Assembly: GCA_965197475.1 (NCBI GenBank)
Contig: CBDANF010000002.1
Coordinates: 960,001 to 1,024,000, forward strand
Origin: Candidatus Poribacteria bacterium
Lineage (GTDB): Bacteria; Poribacteria; WGA-4E; WGA-3G
Direction of reading: 5' to 3'
Length of the DNA stretch: 64,000 nt
Notes under the pieces: model-generated
What the model was told of the DNA's origin: nothing
Database searches by the model: none
What the model saw: the letters and a program-made list of their open reading frames with translations, nothing else
Made by a program: the position numbers and the translations under genes
Part shown: positions 58,300-64,000 of the stretch, in pieces
How the letters are laid out: every line of letters starts with the position of its first letter
Position numbering within the stretch: the first letter of the stretch is position 1

Positions 58300-59382
58300 A
58301 TGCAGAAAAAACATATTACTGAATCCCAACAAGAATTCCGTGATGCATTGTTGACTTGGTTCAAAAAGTTTCAACGAAAAATGCCGTGGCGGGGGATTGG
58401 CGATCCATACCGTATTTGGGTTTCTGAGGTGATGCTACAACAGACACAGGTCAAAAAGGTTGTTGAGTATTATGAAAAATTTATAGTACGGTTTCCAGAT
58501 GTCCAGCATCTTGCAGCTGCACCGCTACAAGATGTGCTGAAGGTGTGGGAAGGATTGGGATATTACGCGAGGGCGCGAAATCTACATAAAGCCGCAAAGA
58601 TCGTTGTGGAAGAGTTTGATGGAAAAATACCAAGAGACTATGCAACCTTTCGGAAATTGCCAGGTGTGGGGGATTACAGTGCCGCGGCAGTGCAAAGCAT
58701 CGCCTTTAATGCAGCACACGCTGCGGTTGACGGTAACATCAAACGTGCGTTGGCGCGACTTTTCTTGATGGATGCACCTATCAACGATGCCTCGTCAGCG
58801 AAACACTTTCAGCAAAAAGCGGATGACCTTTTGGATCAGGAAAAGCCAGGACTTTACAATCAAGCGATGATGGAATTGGGGGCAACTGTCTGTCGTCCCC
58901 AATCCCCTACCTGTCTTGTTTGTCCTGTAAATATGTTTTGCGAAGCATTCCACGCAGCCTGTCAAGATGAATTTCCGTATCGACGTAAAACGAAACCGGT
59001 TCCTGAACACTACATTGCCGCGGGTGTGATCCACAAAGCCTCCGAGCTCTTAATCATCCAACGACCACTTGACGGTTTGCTTGGTGGACTCTGGGAATTT
59101 CCCAACGGACAGATCACCGAAGACGAAACTCCCGAACAAGCGTGCATTCGCCACATCGCCGATGTTGTCAATCTTTCTGTCACCAATCTGAAATATCTCA
59201 CCAGTGTCAAGCACGCATTCACCCATTTCAAAATAGTTGTGGATGTATTTCAATGCGATTATGAATCGGGTGTGGTAGTTCTAAACGGACCAACAGACGC
59301 GAAGTGGGTAAAACTTGATGCACTGCGGGATTATCCGCTTCCGCGTGCGACTCACAAATTTCTGGATAAATTAATTCTTTGA
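58300..59382 (+). CDS. mutY: A/G-specific adenine glycosylase
   Basis: WVSEVMLQQT, WEGLGYY, LPGVG, VDGN, CxxxxxxCxxCPxxxxC Fe-S motif, GLWEFP. Confidence 0.96.
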   Translation: MQKKHITESQQEFRDALLTWFKKFQRKMPWRGIGDPYRIWVSEVMLQQTQVKKVVEYYEKFIVRFPDVQHLAAAPLQDVLKVWEGLGYYARARNLHKAAKIVVEEFDGKIPRDYATFRKLPGVGDYSAAAVQSIAFNAAHAAVDGNIKRALARLFLMDAPINDASSAKHFQQKADDLLDQEKPGLYNQAMMELGATVCRPQSPTCLVCPVNMFCEAFHAACQDEFPYRRKTKPVPEHYIAAGVIHKASELLIIQRPLDGLLGGLWEFPNGQITEDETPEQACIRHIADVVNLSVTNLKYLTSVKHAFTHFKIVVDVFQCDYESGVVVLNGPTDAKWVKLDALRDYPLPRATHKFLDKLIL

Positions 59383-60321
59383 ACCGAACTTTGCTTCGTA
59401 TTTTTCCCACACTTCATCCGGTAACGGTGTGCTGGCGGCACGAACATTTGCCTCTAATTGTTCAACATTGAGGCTGCCGATGTTATTGCCTTGAATCCGC
59501 TCTTCGCGCAGACAGAACTGAATGGCAAGTTGTAGAATGCTGATATCCTCTTCAAGACACCATTTCCAGATAGGATACGCTGCCGCGACATCACCTTCCT
59601 TTTTCCAACGTCCCCGCTCAATTTCTGCATCAATATCAACATCAGTGAGGATACCGCGCAGGATAGACCATCCGTTCATCACACCGATATCTGCTTCAGC
59701 AGCAGCAGGAAGGATAGTGTCCTTAACAGATTGCCGGACGAGGTTGTAATCGTTGAAGCACAACAGAAGGTCAACATCACCTGTCGCAATCGCTTTGAGA
59801 TGGAAATCGTGGGGATTCATCCCATAACCGACGTGCCGGACAAGACCGCGTGATTTGCATTTGAGTAAACCTTCAAGTGTTCCACCTTTTTCAAGTGTTG
59901 GGTCAATTTCACCGGGATCGTGGATCAGCATTCCGTCCAGATAATCAACATTGAGCAGCTCAAGTTGATCTTCCAGATCGGCGATTGCACGTTCTCCGGA
60001 ATAGTTGGGTCTTCCCTGTCCATATCCGCCCCAATCCGCTCCAGAATGACAGCAAAGTCTGGCAGTAATAATAACATCCTCGCGCGGAATTTCCTTCATA
60101 GCCAACCCAAGTTTCCGCATGGAATCGCCATAACAACGTGCGCAATCAAAATGATTCACACCGATAGAAATCGAGTGTTTAATCAATGCCACTGCATCCT
60201 CATCTGATACAAAGCCAAAATTATTGCCGAAGCCTTGTGTCCCGTACGGAATGACTGGGATACTTAATTCTGTTCTGCCCAACCGCCGCCGAGGCACTGT
60301 TGGTAAAGGTTGATTTGCCAT
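59371..60321 (-). CDS. Aldo/keto reductase
   Basis: RRLGRTEL, FDCARCYG, LIHDP, QLAIQF. Start at MANQ after AGGAG. Confidence 0.88.
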   Translation of the reverse strand: MANQPLPTVPRRRLGRTELSIPVIPYGTQGFGNNFGFVSDEDAVALIKHSISIGVNHFDCARCYGDSMRKLGLAMKEIPREDVIITARLCCHSGADWGGYGQGRPNYSGERAIADLEDQLELLNVDYLDGMLIHDPGEIDPTLEKGGTLEGLLKCKSRGLVRHVGYGMNPHDFHLKAIATGDVDLLLCFNDYNLVRQSVKDTILPAAAEADIGVMNGWSILRGILTDVDIDAEIERGRWKKEGDVAAAYPIWKWCLEEDISILQLAIQFCLREERIQGNNIGSLNVEQLEANVRAASTPLPDEVWEKYEAKFGSKN

Positions 60322-60440
60322 AAGATCTCTCCTGATTGATATCGTGGATAGGTTCAAGAAGTGAAGAAATATAGTAAGGACGCAATGAATTGCGTCCTTA
60401 CGAATCGCAACACATTGCGCAACGGTGTGCCTAAAAAGTT

Positions 60441-61067
60441 TTAGTATTGATCCGAGCCTTCAAGAGGCAGCGGAACCGCCCAGATGTTGCGGAACTTAAG
60501 ATGGTTGCCGTGGTCTTGGAGAAGTAGCGGACCGGGTTCTCCAACGGATGAATCGATATTTGCTCCCGTTGTTCCGGGGAGTATCACGTTGTTAAGGATG
60601 ACAAGTCCGTTTTGAATCACGGTTACCCTGACGTTTTCTTCTAACTCGCTTGCATCGTTGAGACGCGGTGCGCGGAAGATAACATCATACGTTTGCCATT
60701 CAAGTGCAGGTTTACAAGCGTTAACAAGCGGTGCAAATTGGTTGTAGATTGCGCCACAGTCACCTTTACCGGGGACTTCAATCCCGTAGGAATCCAGCAC
60801 CTGGACTTCATACCGTCCCTGAAGGAACACGCCGCTGTTTCCTTTTCCTTGTCCTGTTGCTTCGGGCATATCAGGACACATGAATTCAACGTGTAGGAAA
60901 TGGTCGGTAAACCGTTCTTTCGTCATAATGTCACCTGTACGAGGGACAACGGTCATAACGCCATCTTCAACATCCCAACCGGCTTCGTCTCCGTTTCGGG
61001 TGGTCCAGTTGTTCAGGTCTTTTCCATTAAAGAGAATCACAGCGGATTCTGGAGGTGTTTGTAACAT
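60441..61067 (-). CDS. DUF1080 (3-keto-disaccharide hydrolase-like) protein
   Basis: LFNGKDL, GNSGVF, YEVQVLD, GAIY, WQTYDV, LQDHG...FRNIW. Confidence 0.92.
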   Translation of the reverse strand: MLQTPPESAVILFNGKDLNNWTTRNGDEAGWDVEDGVMTVVPRTGDIMTKERFTDHFLHVEFMCPDMPEATGQGKGNSGVFLQGRYEVQVLDSYGIEVPGKGDCGAIYNQFAPLVNACKPALEWQTYDVIFRAPRLNDASELEENVRVTVIQNGLVILNNVILPGTTGANIDSSVGEPGPLLLQDHGNHLKFRNIWAVPLPLEGSDQY

Positions 61068-61181
61068 AAGTTTTCCTTTCTAATGCTATACATTTATAAA
61101 TTGCCCCTCTGTATTAGGGCTTGAGGATTTCCCGCAATTTTAACGGGGTTCGTCTTTTTTGTCAAGGGACAAGAAGGTGAA

Positions 61182-61413
61182 GGGTATGTAAAGTTTTTTG
61201 CATGAGGAGCATAAATGGGACTTAACGTAGCGATCCTCAATCCCTCACTTATGAAAATAAATGAAAATTAATAAGTGGAAAAAAGGTAATGCGCCTTGTC
61301 GGGACAAGGTTTTCTGGATTTTTCTAAACTGATGCGCTGTGAATTTCAAAAAGTGTATAAATGTGCTGACAATTCACTTCAAATCATACTTTCGCGAAAA
61401 ACTTTACACACCC
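61182..61413. mobile_element. 232-bp MITE with the same IS256-like ends as 13699-14210
   Basis: GGGTATGTAAAGTTTTT ... AAAAACTTTACACACCC. The flanks do not match, so there is no TSD. Confidence 0.85.
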
Positions 61414-61838
61414 TCACGTAAGCCTGCGATCATGTCTTCAGATTCAGCAAACGCACAGACTCTCTCCGTTTGTTGCCAATCAAGTCCAGTGACTTGTCCC
61501 CTTCCCCGATCTCTGCCATCGCGGCGAATTCCTGCTAATGTACGAGTGGTGATCGGTAAATCAGAATCCTTGTTTTCATTGCGAAGTTGCCACCGCGCCG
61601 CAGCCACTACAATCGATATTGACGAAGGAGCTCGTCCTTGTCCGTGTAAATATGTGATATAAGCAGCTAAAGCATTATCCGAAAACTCTATGCTATGATC
61701 TGAAAGGTATGACTGAATTCCAGTCAACGCATGCCGATACGCTTTCATTGTGTTCGGCGCGATACTTGCACGTATCAGATTCTCCGTATCTTCTCTTGTT
61801 GCAAGCGTGTTGTCTCGCTTTTGTGTCAACTCGTTCAT
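61414..61838 (-). pseudogene. Cre-like tyrosine recombinase, N-terminal fragment truncated by the MITE
   Basis: APNTMKAY, LAAYITYL...APSSI, TLAGIRR...RGQV. Ends at AGLR, exactly at the MITE end and before the catalytic domain. Confidence 0.75.
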
Positions 61839-61864
61839 GTCTCACCTCTGTGTTAGTGGGTTCT

Positions 61865-62760
61865 CTATCTATCAAAAGTTTTTATTATACCCTTGCCCTC
61901 CTTCGTTGTTTCAATGGTAACAACGGTTTTCTCATCTCTGTTATAGATATTAAGTTGACCGCCTTTTTCATTTGTCTGTATGAAAGCAACATTTTTACCT
62001 TTGTCACTACGGATGCTCAGTGCGCCACCCTGGAAGAATGCGCTCATGTGGGCAATGCGTTTTCCTTCGTTGTTTCGGATTCCCAGATAGCCTCCATAAA
62101 CACGCGTCCCTTCCATGTCAACAACGGGTTTTCCTGTCCAGTTTCTTATACTCAGTGCCCCACAGCCATTTTGAGCTGCATTTATGGAAGTTACACTGTT
62201 TTCTGCGTTGTTAAAGATGTTCAGCATGCCACCGTGAATGGATGCGCTCATATAAGCAATACGAGTCCCCGCGTTGTTGTAGAGGTCCAAAATACCACCA
62301 TTGTCCTCTGCCCCTATGCCAGCAACAGCTTGTCCTGTGTCGTTAAAGATGCCCAATACACCCCCATTTTCACTTGCCACTATACCAACAGCGGGGGACA
62401 TCTTGTTGTTGTAGATTTTCAGTTCACCTCCGTCTTCATTTCCCCATAAAGTAGCGATTGGGAATCCTTCTTTGTTTTGGATACCCAGAGAACCGCCATC
62501 TTCACCTGCTGCTATACCAACAGCTACTTTTCCCGCTTTGTTGTAGAGTCTCAGTCTGCCGTTCTCTTCCTCTGCCCCAATAATAGCAATGGTTTACCTG
62601 TGTTATTGACGATTTTTATTTCTCTACATACGATTTTATCAATCACTTGTTCATTTTGTTGCGCGTGTGTAGTATCCCCACCAAGCGATGCGATGATGTA
62701 TCCTGCAATTGTAAATAGACACCCGATAAGCATATATCCTAACTTTTGTTTGAAATTCAT
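61865..62760 (-). pseudogene. Frameshifted membrane-anchored ~22-aa repeat protein
   Basis: MNFKQKLGYM...VNNTGK joins, across a 1-bp deletion near 62591, to IAIIGAEEENGRLRLYNKAGK... which is in frame with ORF 61865-62401 (GGxLxIxNxxG repeats). Confidence 0.75.
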
Positions 62761-62924
62761 TATTGATCCTCCGATCTGTTTATCTTTTGCTTTTCCTTTC
62801 AACTATACCAAATAATATCATATAATGGTATTTGAGCGAGATGTGAGAAACTTTTGGCGTAAAAACAAAGCAGGAGTGGCTCTATTTCTACTTACGGTTG
62901 TAGTTGGATTTTACACATATATTA

Positions 62925-63081
62925 TAACCTAAGTTGCTACCTATAAGATTTTAGACAAGCAGACACCATGTTTAACCGAGAACAGTCCATTATTCGTGGA
63001 ATATCGTAGCGCAAACTGATAGTTTGCGTATTCATAGGCACAATCTAACAGATTGTGCTACATAGGTAGCAACTTGGGTTA
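62925..63081. mobile_element. MITE with TAACCCAAGTTGC ends, copy 2
   Basis: TAACCTAAGTTGCTACCTA ... TAGGTAGCAACTTGGGTTA with TA on both flanks. Contains a GTAG...CTAC REP doublet. Confidence 0.8.
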
Positions 63082-63126
63082 TAAATAGCCCTGTGTACTA
63101 TAGAAACGGATACTCTGCCTCCAAAC

Positions 63127-63999
63127 TCAAACTTTCTCAGACACCTTCTCAGCCAACCTCATAAGTGCAGGGGACATGTCAGATTTTTCAAGTTCTGCTT
63201 CAATCAGGACAAAATGTTGCGTCTCTGCAAGTGCAGCTTTCATAGCACTGTCAAATTCACCTTCGGTACGGACAGCAAACGCGCGTCCTGCTCCTAACAT
63301 TTCCGGTAGATGAGTATAACGCCAATTTACTATATCATTAAAAGGCCCTTCAACGAGAGGACGCATGGTCCCGTAACCGTGGTTGTTGAGAACAAGAATA
63401 ATCGGGTTAAGTCCATAACGGATAGTTGTTGAGAGTTCGGTTCCTGTCATTTGAAAAGCACCATCGCCGACAATAACAAGTGGTCTTGAACCGGGTTTAG
63501 CAAGTTGCGCGCCAACTGCAGCGGGAATTGCAAACCCCATTGAGGTATAGTATGCCTGAGAAATAAATTCCGTGTGTTCCGGTAGACGTAAATCCGCAGC
63601 ACCCCAAAGGCAGTCACCCACATCGGGAATAACCGTCAGCTCATCACGCAGAAATTGATTGAGATGTTGAAATAGGCGTTTCACTGTTATAGTTTGGTCG
63701 GGGGCCATAACAAAAGACTCTGCCACTTCCAGTACCCATTCCAAATTCACTTCAGGACGTTTGTGGAGTTGCGGAGAACACAAACCCTCCATAAAATCCT
63801 CAAACGTAACATCTTCATACGTGGAGTAACAGACGGTGATTTTATCTGAGGTGGCATAGACACAACGACTTCGCGCAAGGTTTGCCGTGTAAATCCCAAG
63901 GTTAACATCGGTCATGAAAGCACCAAGAATAATAAGACAATCAGAGGTTTCAACAAGTGTTGTGATTTCTGTTCTACCCATCGCACCACCATAAATACC
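63127..63999 (-). CDS. Thiamine-diphosphate-dependent 2-keto-acid (indolepyruvate/phenylpyruvate-like) decarboxylase, 5' truncated by window
   Basis: DVGD, YYTSMGFAIP, GDGAFQMTG...NN ThDP motif. Confidence 0.9.
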   Translation of the reverse strand, partial: GIYGGAMGRTEITTLVETSDCLIILGAFMTDVNLGIYTANLARSRCVYATSDKITVCYSTYEDVTFEDFMEGLCSPQLHKRPEVNLEWVLEVAESFVMAPDQTITVKRLFQHLNQFLRDELTVIPDVGDCLWGAADLRLPEHTEFISQAYYTSMGFAIPAAVGAQLAKPGSRPLVIVGDGAFQMTGTELSTTIRYGLNPIILVLNNHGYGTMRPLVEGPFNDIVNWRYTHLPEMLGAGRAFAVRTEGEFDSAMKAALAETQHFVLIEAELEKSDMSPALMRLAEKVSEKV

Positions 64000-64000
64000 T

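Noticed and set aside
61709-62449. 246-aa plus-strand ORF and other long shadow ORFs (e.g. 7135-7632, 46220-46831)
   Set aside because: Antisense to well-supported or repetitive genes, with no motifs of their own.
1-64000. tRNA, rRNA, CRISPR array or intact prophage
   Set aside because: None recognised by eye. A tRNAscan/Infernal run would be needed to exclude small RNAs.

Overview
A gene-dense bacterial window. The secreted-protein architecture (cohesin/dockerin plus a 'QNYPNPFNPETWIP' tail, an internalin-like LRR protein with a 'TTSWADLK' tail, PhyH, DUF1080, FGE-sulfatase) and dense GTAG/CTAC palindromes resemble Candidatus Poribacteria; this is inference from protein style only. Housekeeping and catabolic genes (murA, hisD, hisI-trpE-trpG, mutY, sugar kinases, GH2, amidase/epimerase, a doubled nfeD-floA operon) are interleaved with a defence cluster at about 15.8-27.5 kb (ART-like protein plus partner, type IIG/ISP-like R-M enzyme, SMEK-STAND NTPase, VapBC). 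There is also an IS cluster (IS1595, IS701 remnant, IS3), several MITE families and an integrase remnant. The top candidate for an undescribed system is a 2.0-kb element at 5030-7031. It encodes only two paralogous DUF1670-like proteins and no recognisable transposase. It has perfect terminal inverted repeats with TA at both ends and lies between a host stop codon and a terminator-like hairpin. It also has a predicted circle-junction promoter and a consensus promoter driving a short structured non-coding region. The second highlight is an unannotated leader peptide (W-H-W-W) with terminator/antiterminator upstream of a mixed hisI-trpE-trpG operon. All calls were made by eye; no searches were run.
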